Counted from the first letter of the whole stretch, positions 12,481 to 27,800 are shown. The stretch: 62,453 bases of DNA, filler included, from Choristocarpus tenellus KU-1152 (GCA_964200185.2; 10 parts of 10 records of this genome joined end to end with filler, not necessarily neighbours in it), one strand, 5' to 3'. The notes: generated from the sequence alone by a model not told the origin. Numbers and translations: made by a program.

Positions 12481-15400
12481 GAAGGGATGGGATGGACTGG
12501 AGGGGCTTGAGGGGGCATGGGGGCGGGGCAGGGGGACATGGGCATAGTCGCAGGGTGCTAGTGGGGGAGGCACCGAGGAGGCTGTCACCAGAGGTACTGG
12601 CACAAGCAAGGCATTTGGCTACTGACGTTCGAAGGGTGAGTTGGCCTCTGGGCAGTAGGCATTGTCCAGACAGCCATGTACAGGGGAGTGTATTTTCTTT
12701 GTTTGTGGTGACTATATGTGTATATTATATGTTGGGTGGATGGATGCCTTCTGTTTTCTGTTTTTAAAGAATATATCCATTTTGTTTTTTTAGGGGGGGG
12801 GCATTTTATTTATAGCGTACTGTTTAAAGGGAAAGGTTGGAAGGCGTGCCAAAAATGTGTTCAAGGTTGATATTGGTGAAAGGTTCCTGTCAGTAGGAAG
12901 GATTTTTTGGTTTGTCATTTTTTAGATTAGGAAGAAAATTGACAGAGCTCAGATTTTTTTCAGTTTAAGAAGTATTCAGTCGTATGTATTTATGACATTG
13001 AATGGCATTGCATGTACACACTATAATAGCAAGTTCTCAGAATAAAGATCCAAATACTTCACACATTTCCAAATTTATACAGTAGTGTAAATACACCATG
13101 TTGAAAAAAATGTGTAATGTATGTTGTGGAGTTGGGTTAGGCTTAGAGTTGCCTGGCCATATTTAGTGTATTGATAGGTTGAGATGTGCCCATAATTTAT
13201 CCTTTGCTCGAGACAACCATACTGTCCAAATTGCTTCTGCTTGTTCAAATATATCTCACCAATGAGAAGACTGAATCAATTCTAATAATTTTCAAAACCC
13301 TTCCAATTTGGTATAATTGTAGTTACATCATATTTAGTGGTTCAAGATTTTTTCCCTCTAGGGTTGGACCTATTCGCTCCTTCAGTGCCATGCTATTTTT
13401 CCACCTCAATTTTGTTTGTTCACATGTAGTGACTGCAGTAGCAGTGAAGTGGTAGTGGTATTGTGGGGAAGCATAGTTTCTATTATTTTATCATATCTAT
13501 TTTATATGTGTGTGTAATTACCACCCACATGACAGTGTCAAAGCTTTGAAGAAGAGAGTGTAGGGGATGAAGGTGGGCAGTTGTTTACAATCTGTGTATA
13601 CAGAACTCAATAAAAGATTTTTAGACTAAGATTTTTAGACTCTGGAAGCGTAGTCAGATTTAAATTACGGAATTGTATTGGAAGTTGTGGGGATAGGTTG
13701 AGGGAACTTTCCAAGAAAATGAGTATACCAAAGAAAAAAATTCCTGGAAAGGGCTGGTGGCATTGTAATATGCATGCTTGTATTGGTCTTCTTAATAGAG
13801 TATTGTGCACTTACCCCTGGCTTCTCTGAGTGCAGAAGTAGTGTTTGAGTCCACAAGTCTTTTTGAAGGTTGTAGGATTACTTCCGCTTGCCTTCTGAAT
13901 CAAAACAACAGCTTGCAAGCTTCTGCAATGAAGGCACCTAGAGCTCTAGTGAGTTTCCTTTTGGAAAAAATATGTGTATGTGTATGCCCCATCGTTGATT
14001 ATTGGAGTTTAAAATTTGGAGTTACTTTTTTTTTGCCCTGGATTCAGTTGGGGCTATTTTTAAATGGTCTTTTGTTGTTATGCTTTGACCAACAAGAGGA
14101 CTCCCAAATCCTAAAGAGCACTTAGAAGAGGCCCCTTTGCACACTCTGTGCCTGCAACAAGCGATGATCCCTCATTTAACTCACCCTAGCTCTCCCCCTC
14201 CCCCTGACACTCACACACACCCACACACCCTGTTGTTCATCCTCTGACAAAACACAAAGGTAAGGGAGGTTGCAAGTTCCCTGGCGGCAGGGAATGTGGA
14301 GGCTGTCAGTCGTCTTATGCTCCAGAGTCGAAGGTAAAATGGCGCCCTCTTTTTAGTTGATTTGTCTGAGGTTGTGGTGGTAGTTTATGTTCCTCATCAG
14401 ATCGTTCATCACTATGGGGGGAAGTGGTTTGTTTTGTGTGAAGTTGGGCATATTTTGTCGAACTAGCATGGTTTTAGTCTTGCTTACTCCGCTGGTTTTC
14501 AGCTCTATTCCTTCTCCTGTTTTGATACATTTTTATTGGCGTATGAACATGGCAAATGGCCTCGCGCACGTTGTTACTCCCTGGCAGCACTGAAACAGGA
14601 TAGAGATATTTGATCGCAATGTAAGAGCCGTACAACATTGTTGATCATTGCTGAGACATAGCGATAGCAACCTATAGAGCTTCATGCTGCTGGTACTTCT
14701 GGATGGATACATGAGAGCAATGGTACCCGGTTTATAATAGATCACCCATTCAGTTCATTCTACACCTCACATCAAGACCATTATTGCATTCATTGCTGAA
14801 AGGGACCTTGACAATTATTGATGCTCTGTTCAGTGTAAGGCTTGTTTGGTTGTTGCTGTGCTGGCTGTTACTCCCATGTTGTCTGATGATTCTTGCTCGT
14901 AGCATGGACTGTATATTTTACTGCCTTGTACGGCATACTTTTGATTTGTACAGATACTTGGTGCACACAAGTTTATGAAAGATATGACAATGTAGTTGTA
15001 CTGTACTTACATGGGGAAATTCTTCTGTTCCACCTCAGATAACTTACCAGAACAAGACAGGAGTCATACAGTGATTTGTCCATTTTTGTTGAGTGCCTCG
15101 TGAACAGAGAGCCATCTTATAGTGATGCCAAATATATCTGAGTATATGTCAAAAGTGGAGTGTGCTCAATTTGGGTTGCATGGATGGGTTATTGTAGCAG
15201 ATAACTCACATGTTGTTCTGAATGGCGCTTACGGGGATGGACATGTAGTCAGCCACTGTTGTTGCATTGTTTGACTCAAATCCTTTTCACACTTGCTAGT
15301 CCTTGTGAGACCTAAACATCGTTTGCTGGAAGGGGAATAGGGAGCAAGGGGTATTAAGGACTGCTGCAAACATTACATATGTTTTCAAGAACATACACAC

Positions 15401-16009
15401 ATAGGAGAGTTGGTTTTTGGAAACTGTCCACTCCTGGCATGGGGAAGGGAAGGGTATGAACTCCCCCATAGCTACCCACCCCTTTTTTTCTGTTCAGCAA
15501 CCACCATCCAAAATGCATTCCCTCTATCTCTCTCTCTCTGTATGCTGCAATCACCAACTCCCAGGTCGGCTGGGCTCAGCTCTGCAGGCACCCGTGGGCG
15601 CCCAGAGCTCCCTGAGCCAGCAGCAGCGCGCCTAGCAACAATGGCCTCCAGATTGCCTGGGGTTCACGGCAGTCGACCAGCAGATGGGGGCTGTGGGGGA
15701 GGTGGAGTGCGAGGGGGCTGGCCTGGGGTGGTAGTGGTGCTAGTGGATGCGACAAGGGTGGGCAATGTCATAGAGACACTCAAAAATCGTGGAGGGGATG
15801 CCACTGGCGTTGAGTGGAGAGTTTTTTCTGCTCCTGCTGGTGGGGCAAGTGGGTTTTTCAGTACACGGGCATGTAGGGAGCTGGGCAAGCAAGGGGAAGA
15901 GGAGGGAAGTAGTGAGGAGACTGTGGATGTAGAGGGAGAGGGGATTGGGGAGGTAATACTGGAGGAAAGGGGCGATGGGGAATTGAGTGAACAGGAGACC
16001 TCTTTGTGA
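12481..16009 (+). CDS. Galactokinase-like GHMP-kinase C-terminal domain protein (divergent), last three exons
   Basis: Exons <=12481-12635 (...PEVLAQARHLATDVRR|GT), 14260-14333 (VREVASSLAAGNVEAVSRLMLQSR-ag|GT) and 15565-16009 (g-SAGL...AAARLATMASRLPGVHGSRPADGGCGGG...VVVVLVDATRVGNVIETL...RVFSAPAGGASG...stop). Phases match. The pattern follows GalK RA.HV..E..RV....L..GD...G.LM..SH.S...L...A....GV.G.R.TG.G.GG..V.LV. Confidence 0.75.
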
Positions 16010-18330
16010 GGGTGGTGAGGTTGTGGGGAAATTTATCATAACCTGAGATGTGCAAGGGGCATTAGAAGCTTTGAGGTCCACCACACATGTAGAAAGATTT
16101 TGTCTGTAATTCCTTTTTGGGGTGTCTAGTTGGCAATTGACTCACCTCTTGTTTTTGGACAAGTGGGGGTTGAGATGGTGACCCATGGTCAAGCCAAGTT
16201 TAGGGGAGGGTAAGGGACAAGATTCTTGGTTGGCAATTTTGGGTTTAGTCAGTACTATATATAGTGAGTTAGTTGACGGGTTGTGCAACATGACATGCGA
16301 AGGAATGTGTTTGCACTCCCATACACACCCCCAAACTGCACACACATACCCCACACCTCATTTAGTTTCCATGTACAGAAGGTGACAGATAATATTTTTT
16401 TGTAAGCTTTACCACTCGTCTTATCCACACACACAGATGACACACACAGCCCACACACGCATGCACACACACGCATGCACACACATGGCTAGTTAGTGAG
16501 TGGCCTTACTGTTTTATTTTTAGGGCAGTCAATTGTTGTGCCGGTAGGTGTGGTAAGAGGCTTGAGGCGGATACTATAGTGTTGTAATTTTGGCCGTTAG
16601 TTCCTTGTATAGATGGGGTGTGTCACTCGTTGCAGGGTGTTCTGCCACTTTGCTCGTTCTCTTTCTTTTAAGGCCTTGTCCTGGTACAGTATCCCTATGT
16701 GATAAGTTGTGTGTGTGTCTTTGTCTTGAATGTTAACCGATTAAACAAGTGAACGTCCTCTCGTGTCATGCAACCCCCTTCTCTGTATTTATGTTGCCCA
16801 GTATCAATCTGTTTCAGGGCGTTGCTTCATCCTGAGCATCGCTTTGATTATTCATGGATTCCAAGCGCATGTATGTGCATCTACTATCCTGCTTGGTTTG
16901 TTGTGATGCCTCACTGGGATGGAGGGTCTAGAATATGAAAAGGGTATGCACGGTTTCTCTACTGGTAGCTTTTTTAGTTCATTTTGGGTGTATGGTGATG
17001 TGCATTCTTCTCTGCATCAGATTAGTTTTTTGCTTGTCTTCCCTTCCCATTGTTATTGTGCTCAAGTTCTTAGAGGCGACTCAACACTATGTTTTATTGT
17101 TAGCAGTATGGATTGAGTACTTGCTTTCCTCTCTGTCGCAACTAATTGTTGCCATTTTAATTGAGATATATAGTACAATATGCTCGGGGTGGTGCAATAG
17201 ACGTAGGAACCCTATTGCAATGGTTGTATGTATGTGTAATGACAATGTGGATTATTGATCTGATTTATGACATCGCGTGATGTTTTCGGCTCTCCAAGAC
17301 GTTAACCCACTAATCTAATGGGGCACTTCCTGACTTAGTAACGACCCATAGCATCCTCTTCTACATGGAGGTTGAGTATGATGAGGATAATAATAGTGAT
17401 TGATGTAACAATCTTGGTAATGTGTCGTACATGGTGGGAGAGGCATTTACCGTCACCAATCATTCTGCCTGGAGGCGTTTGTTGTAGGCAGCCTGTCATT
17501 CTCTGTGGTTTTCAAGCCAAACGTCAATCGTAATTCATCAGTAGTACTAGTATTACTACCCTTGCTATTAAGACCCAGTGAGAAGGAAGAAAAAGAGTAG
17601 ATCAGTACCCCACTTCCTAGGTAGGTACCTCATGGATTCACTGGTCTGATTCCTATATCACAATGTTAAGAGTAAATCTCTGCTTTTCCAGTGAGTACTA
17701 TTTGTGTCACATGCTTAGAGGCAATAATATATTTTATTTTCAAAGCTGACTGATAGAAATTCTGTATTGAATGCCTTGGAGCGAAAATGCAAAGGAGTGT
17801 GGGCAGAATTAAGGTCAGTTACACTTTGTTCCGTTGCGACATTCGCAACCTCTTGTCAATTGCACGTACAAAAATAAGACGTAACTATCACAGTCCAACA
17901 AGTCAGGAGAGGGATTTCAATCTCTTCCTCTGCAACTCTCACTCAGTGTTTTTGAACAGGTACAGCAGATAGCTGGGAAACCGCTCATCAGTATGCACCT
18001 TCTTCAGTACTAGTGGAATTACTACTATAGAGTAGTACTACTACTAGTGTGTGTTACTCGTGTTCTTTTCCTTCAACTTCTCCTGTACTGTTGATATTAT
18101 GCCTCCCTCCTTTCTTGTTGCACTGAGGTTTACCTAACAGCAACTGTCTCAGAGACTTCGTAAGGTTTACTGTTTTCTTCGACATCAATTTTTCGTTCAT
18201 GTATTTTTATTTTGTTTTAAATGCTCTTGTGATGTTTACCCCCTTGGTAAAAAGAAAATGGTAAATCAAAAGTGTTCTGGCCTTGATCACCCTGCATAGA
18301 ACAGCACATTTGGGGAATTGAGGAACGCGC

Positions 18331-18723
18331 AGGGTATTGAGGATGGGTACCGTGACGGATATTGTTTGGACTTGTGATAAACTTGTTGGGAACGTCAAGA
18401 AGATTCCTACCAAAGTCTTAGCAGTTCTACGATCTGCAATCGATGTGAGGGAAAGGGGGGATTTTGTGGGAGAAGGAGGCAACACTACATTGAAGGGACG
18501 AGGAGAGCATAGGGGGGGGGAGAATGGGGACGAAAGGGAAGACAACACCGGCGACAACAAGGAGGAGGGCGAGGAGGAAGATGAAGAGGAGGAGGAGGAC
18601 GTGGGGCAGCAGAAGGAAGATAAGGACAACGAGGACGATTACGATAAGGAGAACATCGGTATGGGGCAGGGTAGAGGGGCCTCTGCCAGTGCAGGCGCAT
18701 GTACTGGGGTGCCCTTGCATACG
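18331..18723 (+). CDS. Probable exon or pseudo-exon of an unknown protein with an acidic tract; weak DUF6604-like IP..+...L..AI..R motif
   Basis: Open frame ...TDIVWTCDKLVGNVKKIPTKVLAVLRSAIDVRERGDF...EEEDEEEEED to the contig end; GC-rich, coding-like composition; start not established. Confidence 0.35.
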
Positions 18724-18823
18724 NNNNNNNNNNNNNNNNNNNNNNNNNNNNNNNNNNNNNNNNNNNNTTAATTAATTAANNNNNNNNNNNNNNNNNNNNN
18801 NNNNNNNNNNNNNNNNNNNNNNN

Positions 18824-21800
18824 CCTTCCTGCCTTCCTTAGACTTTCTGCAGCCCCCCTAGCAGATTCTGCAATGGCCTCTATTGCACTCTCACCACATC
18901 CATTTGCTCCCCCCCCCCCAGCCTCTATAGGTCCCAGGCCAGTGCTTGTACCACCAATACCCTGTTGTATTCCCCCAACAGACTCCACCACACCACTGTA
19001 GCTGTCTGCCTCTAAGGTCTCATCAGTATGTCCAAGTCTTTCTAGACTCTCCTTCACCTGTACTCTTGAAGTCCTTAAGGCTTCCTCAGCCCCTAAACAT
19101 AGACGTCGGAGCTCATCTGCAACAAACACATAATATAAGATATAACCACATGCATCAAAGATATGAGGTTGTCACTAACAGTTTCCTTTGTGGTAGGTAT
19201 GGGGAACGTTTATATTGAAAACATACACATACACACACACACACACATTAGAAACTGCAGTTCATTGGTTACTGGCAACTATGTAAGAGGGGCAATGGAG
19301 TGGAGTGAATGAGAGATAATAAATTTCTCTGTTCACCACCAGTTACATCGGTTACATCAGTTTCAACATTTCACATGGCAGGCTACAAATGCAAAATCAT
19401 GTTGGCAGATTTTCATTTCAATTTGTGGAGATCTTGTCAAAAGCCATCACAAGGTCACCATAAAATCCAAGTGAAACCCATCTTAGTCTACCTATTCTAC
19501 ACTGCCTGTGGGAGAGTGGTAAGAAATACCTTCCGTATCCAGTATCCCCATCCAGTACCTTTCTTAACTCAGAGGAGATATTCAACATAAACATTACCAA
19601 CACTTAAAAATAAAAAAACAACAGAGGGGGAAGTACCAAGTAGTAGTTAGCAGTGTCTAGCTGTTCACTTCTGTTGGCATAGGTATTACCATGAATTAAG
19701 GGGCCCATCTTGCTACCAATCAACAAAGCTTGGCTATAAATCAATCTCCCCCTACACTAACTTGCTCATTGTGGTTAGTTTAGGCAAAGTACTATACTTT
19801 ACAGTACTAATGTACTCTGTGTGATGTTGATGAAGATGAACATGGTACAGTAACTTCACCAGCATCAATACCTCAGAAATGATCATCGACCTTCTTCTTG
19901 TTGACACATCCAATCCTATCACAACAAATATATGGAGTACTTACAACATATACTATGGAGGCTTGCCTGGCTGCCTGCAGCACCCTTTCACACTCAACAT
20001 CTGATCCTTACTTCCTCCTCGAATTTAACTAAGTAAAACTACAACTGGACTTACAACAAACCAGAAATATCTAGTTGAGAAGCACTTAGAATCTCAGTCA
20101 TGTACTGCCAGACAGAGACTTGGCGAGGGGGGGTCTGGGGCATGAAAAGGACATCAAGTAGTGGCAACAAGGACATAAACTGTCAACAACTACCTCACAT
20201 AAGCTCCATAAAGTCACATTGTCAATCAAGTAAATTTTAAACGTTTCTAGGTCTGATTGGGAAAAACAACAACCGACAGTATTTTGAAACTGTATTCTTA
20301 GCCCCAGTTATACCCCCACCTAACCCTAACCCCACAAAAAAAAACACAGCCGTAGCCTTATAAAAAGATAATATATATATATATATATATATGTATCACA
20401 CCTCACACATCTCACCCACAAATGTCTCCATGCCCTCCCTTGAGAGTGGTGCATGCACTTCATACACATTTTCATTAAAGTCTTCATAGCTCCGAACAAC
20501 AAACGGTAATTCCCAGTGTGTATCTTGTCCCTTAATTGACATAATTGACATCACTGAAGCAGAAGCCGCAGTTGAGGCGGTACATGGGGGAGGAGGGGCT
20601 ACAACTGCCAACAGCAGTAGGTGTACACTCATCAAGAGCACCTGGTATGGTATGGTGGCGTAGATCACGGTCAATTGTATGTCAAAACAATTGTATGTGA
20701 GAGGGACTATTGAGACATTCAGTGGCAGGCGCAGAAGGAATAGTGAGATTAGCAATGAGATTAACAATGAGGTGAATAAGGTACCAATCCTGTTTACAGA
20801 CAATACATACTCAATGTTAAACGCTATTTTTTTCTGTTTATAGAAGGTTTGTATCTGTTCATGCCATCTATCCCACCCACCTAGTCTTTCAATTTTTTTA
20901 CTCCCAATTCACCCGGCTGCTACTGTTTATCTCGATGAATACATTTCAAAACAAACGTACTCCATAATAATCTAGACTAGTATTGCGATATTCGACAATC
21001 TTAGTAAATCACAGAAGCTAACTTCTGACAACTGACAACTTGTCCTCTGCATCGTTAACTCTTAAGACTATACATGTCACCAGAAGGTGCTTGCCCTCCT
21101 GGTCTTCTTTGAGATGCCAATAATATAAAATACATGTCACATGTCCTCTACCAAACATACAGTTTCCCCAGAAACCTACTGCACTCCACAAGAAAAATCT
21201 GAGATTTTTCTGTGAGACACTCAACAATGGCACACCTTGGCATCCTTGACAAATCCATCTCGAGATCCACGGGATAGCTGCAATGATTCCCAAACCAGCT
21301 CAAGGTGATTGGTACGACCTTGAGACACCTGAATCACCAAGAAATGCAGTGAGACAAAAACAAATGACAGAATTGGATGTACTTCATTATTCAAAAAGGA
21401 TCCAGATCACTCAAATCTCTCTCTCTCTCTATATATATACATATATATGTATGTATCACTGGCAGAAAAGAGTACTATACCAATGGTGAGATGAGTAGTA
21501 CGATATAACAATATTATCATTTATTAAGAATAAGGCGGTGTGAAGACCAGCAAACACAATAATGTATTGCAGTATAGGCGGGGAGGTGGAATTAGGGGTA
21601 TGGGGGGAGGTTTTAGAGCACGAACACAGGGGTCTATTGCTACTTCCCTATGTATCGATGCATCTATCCATCCATATCTCTCCCATTGACTAACTACTGT
21701 TGTCCCCAACATGGTACTACTGGATGAAAACATTTTACAAGGAACAAGAAAGAGATCATAGTACAATTTACTCATGCTCAAACATGGTCTAACCCTAACC

Positions 21801-24800
21801 CTAACATGGTGCACACCGAAGGCCCATTTCTTATTTTTTTCTTAGTTTGTAATGCTACTTTATTCTATTTCGTCAACAAAAAGAATAATTACTTTTACGA
21901 AAACTAATCATGCACTTCATGTCCTTATCAAGCAAAAACTACACCACAGAACACTACAATATACTCTTTACCTTTACTTTCACCTATACCTTTACCTAAA
22001 CAAGGAGGGAAGCACGCACAACCTACATAACCTGTCTAGATTCTCAGTGACAACAAAACTGCTAATAGTTCAAGCCAAACCAGTCATGCCAACCTACTAA
22101 ACCACCAAAGTTTGCAAGCCTTGTGGCACTCTCTGTAACATCAAGTACAAAACATATCTTTGCCAAACACCAGAGGATATTTCAGTCTCTTACCATGTTA
22201 CCATGTCCAGTCATACAATACAAGCAAACACGGCCCAAAACCCCTAACCCTAAACTCCAAATATTCTCAAGTCCTACTACAAATGAAATCGTAGTAAAAA
22301 TAATATTGCTGATAACACTGTATGTCTAAATAGTCATGAGGTAAGATATATAGTGTAAACTACATATTACAATACAAAAAAGGATACACTATATTAAAAT
22401 AATCAATAATCCTTCACAACCCCTCTCCCCCTGCAAAGATAATCCTACACTATGATGTTCTCCTGAAACACGCCACTTTCAGCTTTGTCCTATACAATAC
22501 AAACACTACATCACAGTATTAATCTATAAATACATACAAATCACATGAACAGAACGCCTTCCAAACTGTAGCAGAAACCCTACCTGTACATGAGTTGTGG
22601 TTGGCCTGCAGAAGAGGGCTGAGACATACAACAAACATTCATCGTCCAGTGCACCCGAAGGACTCAACCCTGCAGCAATCAATGCCAAAGGTGTATTCAT
22701 GTGAGCACATGTATGTGTGTAGGCTGATTTTTATGCTCATGAGCACTGTAGTTAACAAGTTGGCAATTGCATTTTTGGTAAGATGTTACAAAACTTGACA
22801 CTCTTTACCAATATCATACATAACATACTTATATTTTTTTACATTATTCTGACGGGGGTACAAACTTGTGGAAAAAAGAGACTGAGACGAGAAGCAATAT
22901 TTAATACCAAAAACTATTCTTATTTTTTCCCAACACAAGACATGTCCCAATAGACCTCTAACACAACACAATACTCTGCGCCTATCATCTTTCACTTCAA
23001 TCACAACGCAGTCAAGCACATCCATCCTTCTGGAACCTTCCTGGAACCTTCCTTCACCAAACAGATCACAGCATCTACCATCTATCCATCCATCCATCTA
23101 GTCAGAGATAACAACATATAGTCCCTTGTAATATATTACTATAAAACATAAAAACATACTTTGATAAAAACTCTCCTAAACTGATCAATTCAAGCAAGGC
23201 ACAGTCCCCTACCCTACCCCTTTACTTCCCTGATCCAGAACCTCCAAGCTCCATCAACTCCCAGGAGAACAATCACTATCAAACCCCTTATCAACACTAG
23301 CATACCTCAGCTCTCAGTGCTATTGCTACTACTGTCAACAAATCAATAAATTCTTAAATCTTGAAACCAAATATAAAAAACTTGTTGGACGAATCATATA
23401 TTCCTTCCAATCAGATTTTAGGGGGGATTGGCAGATCCGTGTAGCATAACTAAGGATACTGTTTACACACACACACACACACACATATATGCCACTGACA
23501 GCATACATTAAATAATACATATATATATTAATGCTATATATTCAATAGTACATGATCTCATTGGTTTCTTTTACGGTAGTTGAACAGTTGTGCCAACTCT
23601 GACGATTCTATCTTGTACCATGCACTAAAGCAAGATAGATGTCCCAACAGTGGACCAATTGCACCTAGTCAACAGCAGCACCATACTAATGTTAACAATA
23701 GTAGTAATTGTACAGTAATAGTACAACAGTACACAACAAACCTCCGCAGCAAAGACCTTGCACGCCTCCAACATAATATGAAACCTCGACAATTTTGAGT
23801 CCAACCTCTATCAAAAGTAAATAATACTAGCAAGAATTTTTTCTACTGTTTTTTTAATTGCCAATTTCTAAATGAAATATTGCCTTTCCAATCCTCATAC
23901 AAAGCCTTTCCACTTCTTATTCAAAAGAACAAGTACAATCTCACTCACTATAATCACGGTTTGAAGCTCTTTCCCCAATGATAATAATAATAATAAAACA
24001 GTGACAATATCTTGCCAAATGGTGACAAAAGTAACACCACCTTTAAACATCCTAACAACCACCAAAATACACCCATCATCCCCCCAAAACCATGCACACC
24101 TATGTCGTCAGACATAAATACATCTGCTGTCACAATAGAGATGGACATGTAAAGAGCACATAAAAAACATCATACATCATGAAAAAAGAAACATTTCTGC
24201 CAATAGAAACTCCTCAAATATCACATCAACCCAATGGGGCTTACTAACCCACCTACTCTCAACATTGCAACCACCCACCTGATGCCAAAGATCCCCCTTC
24301 TGACAAAGACAACGTATGACCTCTTCTTCTCCCCTCCTCCTGCTCCCCCTCTTCCCCCCCTCCAGCGAGGCTTACCCATCCTGCAGCAAATGATACCCGG
24401 CAAAGGTGAACCACATCCTCTGTGCACAAGTTCATACTCAGCACAGCCTCACGACCTTCATCCCTCACCTGATATTCATCCCACCATTTCATTTTATTTA
24501 ATTATGCATTTTCAACACTTGAGCTAGGGTTGGGCTTGTAGTATTGTACTATTGAAGTCAACAGTAGAAGAATACAGAATGCATGGCTGTTTCATATAAT
24601 TCAAAGACTCAACCCATTGGAGGGATATGTAATATTGCTATACTGATCTATCCACCCAAACAACCTTTCAGTTTTTCATTCCTCAGAAAAAATCGCTGTC
24701 TTGCTGCATACAATGGTGCCCTACAATTTTGTGTTCCTATTCCAGACCTTTAGACCAGGGATACTAAAAAAAAAAGAGGAAGAATAGTACCTCATAATGA

Positions 24801-27800
24801 CGATGATGAACTGATCCCATTTAATAGTACAGGTACTGTACCTTGTACCTTTGTAATGTTGATTCCTCATTATAATGATTAATGATTCCTACAGTTTACT
24901 GGAGTAACAAGTAATCTACAACCACTGCTGTATGGTTACCAATACATCACTTTTGATAGTGAATATTGGATAAGATAATGGGAATACATCAAAAATCTGT
25001 GAGAAATTCTTGCTGGTAGATGGTTGGTCTGAAGGGAGATTACCAACATAGGGGGAGGCACTTGTCTTGTGACACATGTAGTAATAGGATCTATGATGTG
25101 TAAGGGGTGAGGTTGGTATAAATAGGATATGTTGGTATAAATAGGACATGTTGGTATTAATAGGATACGCTAACGCAGCAGGAAAGCACAGGGACAAACA
25201 AAATATAGTGTTAATATATATAATGTTCTACTACTACTACTACTACTACTACTAAAATACCATACCTCAGAAACTCAGCACACACAGAGTGTCCGGCCAA
25301 TGAGTAAAAACTGTTCAACTTCTGTTATTCCAAACATAGCTCTACAGTACTATAATATTAATACTAATATTACCGTAAAGAGTGACATTTAAATCTCAAA
25401 ACTTGAGACATTATTTCAACAAATAGTAATAGTAATAGTAATAGTCCACGATACACAAGTAGGTCAGTAAAATCATACACCACAATATTATTATTATTAT
25501 TGTGACAAAGTAAAATAAACACTTTACTCAATGAGATCTATGTGATGCCATGCCAAAAAACAAAATAAAAAGGGGAAAAAGACAACACTGCTTCAAATTG
25601 AATAAAAAAACCTCAGAACCATAACCGCAAATTGAATTGAATTGAATTTAATGGTACATTAAAATATCCCCTTGTGCCTCAAAATTAACACAATAACCAC
25701 AAGACCCTAACCCCATGTAGCCATCTAGTCAATACTCACTATCACAAGCAATAGCCAAACATACTAAATACCAAACATACAGGATAATGTTACAACTACC
25801 CACACCATTGCCATTCCCTTCCCCAGCCCATAACACACTTACTTCAAGATACCTAACCAGTGTCTCTGCCTTCATACTCCTCAGTTGTCGTACCACTCTT
25901 TCAAATCGCTTAAGCAAGTCTCTCCCAACAGTATACTTATACTTCAGCCCTGATCCTCCCTCCTCCTCTTCCCCCCCTTCTCCCTGCCCCCCTCCAGCCT
26001 TGCCAATACCCTCATCGCTCTCACTGTAACCAGAAACGCCTGCCATGGTAATAACCTCCTCATCGTATCTCAGAGCATGTGGCACCTTGAACTCACTCTG
26101 TTACGGGGGTATAATAAAATGCATAGAAATAATAATAAAATAGTATAATAACATGCATAGAAATAACAATAAAATAGTACAATAACATACATAGAAATAA
26201 CAATAAAATAATATTAACAATGATAATATTTATAACGACAATATCAGGGGATTGGGGGTGGTTTGGGTGAGCAATGAGGAAAGGCACATTGATCCTATTG
26301 GCTTAATGAAAAATATACCATGTATTATACTATACATTCTACTGGTCTATGTTTAAAAAAAATTGAACCCAATTTCAGGGCTTTTCATTCAACCGGAAAA
26401 TTACCGGACTGGGCCTGTGGACCTCTAGCAAATATCTAACAACCCTAACCCTAACCCTAACCCAAACCATACTTCACTGGGACTGATAAAGTTGAAATCT
26501 CTGATTAGGGTTAGGGTTAAAAATAATGCACTAGGATCACCCTACAGCCCAGTCCAGTGCAAAGCTTGTTGCACTGCCTTTTTAGTCTTCTCAGCATGAT
26601 GACAATAAACAACAAGACAGAATGGTAAACACCTTGCTTATGTTGTGACCACAATACAGTTACAATATACTGCCGAACACAAAACAAAACATGATTGTTT
26701 CTTTTTCATTTGTAGGCACAACACACACTTCAGAACTTTTTCTACAAATGAAAAGAAATAAATAATAAAATGAACACTATAGTAACAACACTATAGTTCT
26801 TAGTACGTAACAATTAAAATATATTAAAAAAATACTACGTAGTACAAAATAATAATAATAATAATAATGGTAACCCCGAACATCACTAAATATTGGAGGC
26901 GTTAATGTCCTCCCTATCACACACTTCTTGTGTTCTTGTTCTTGTAGTTGAGGAGACAAAGACCATCCTATGTCACACCTATGTCACACACACAACTAGC
27001 ACCTGTCGCATCAGCAGTGAAAGATCATCATCCCACTCCTGCTGTGGTATCCCCAAACACTCCAGAGTAGTTTCTGCCACTGCTCGGAGCTCTGCCCTCC
27101 TTTTCACACCGCTTGACGCCTCCGAAACAGCGTCCAAAACCAGTTCCGAAAGTCGATCCGCCTGAGAGAGGTCACATGACAATATCAAGGTACACTTTGT
27201 GTCAAGAGTAGGATTAATATTAGAACTGAAGGTTAACTTCAAGAGGGGAAAAAATATGTTGGGGGGGTGGGGGTGGCGAAAGAAAGTGCCTTCTCAACAG
27301 TTACACTATGAGAGTACACTAGTATAGTGTAACTGTTGCAGATCAAGGTAGTTACTAGGACAATGATGTAACTTGACAAAAAAAAGCTTTGAACCACCAG
27401 AGGGGAGTGTAACTACAGCAGACCTTACACAGGAGGCCCCAATACTCTCTTGAGAATCTATACCTGAACTAAACCAGAGATACCATGCCAAAACCAGAAT
27501 TCCCATGACTGATTCACAGAAACAACTGTAGAACCATCATCAATACAATCATCAATACCTCAAAAAACAATAGACGCAAAAGCTTTAAAATGTAATCTAT
27601 TTGACCAACCAAAAAACAAACATCTCGGTAGTAAAAAATGTACACATACCCCCTTTAACCCTTACCCTAACCCTTGGAAAAATACAAGAAGATTTGATTG
27701 TACACAAATCTAACCCTAACCCTAACCACAACCGCCTGCAGTAGCTGACTGTATAGTTAACTAAATCACACATACAACTAATCTCTCTCTGTGCAACAAG

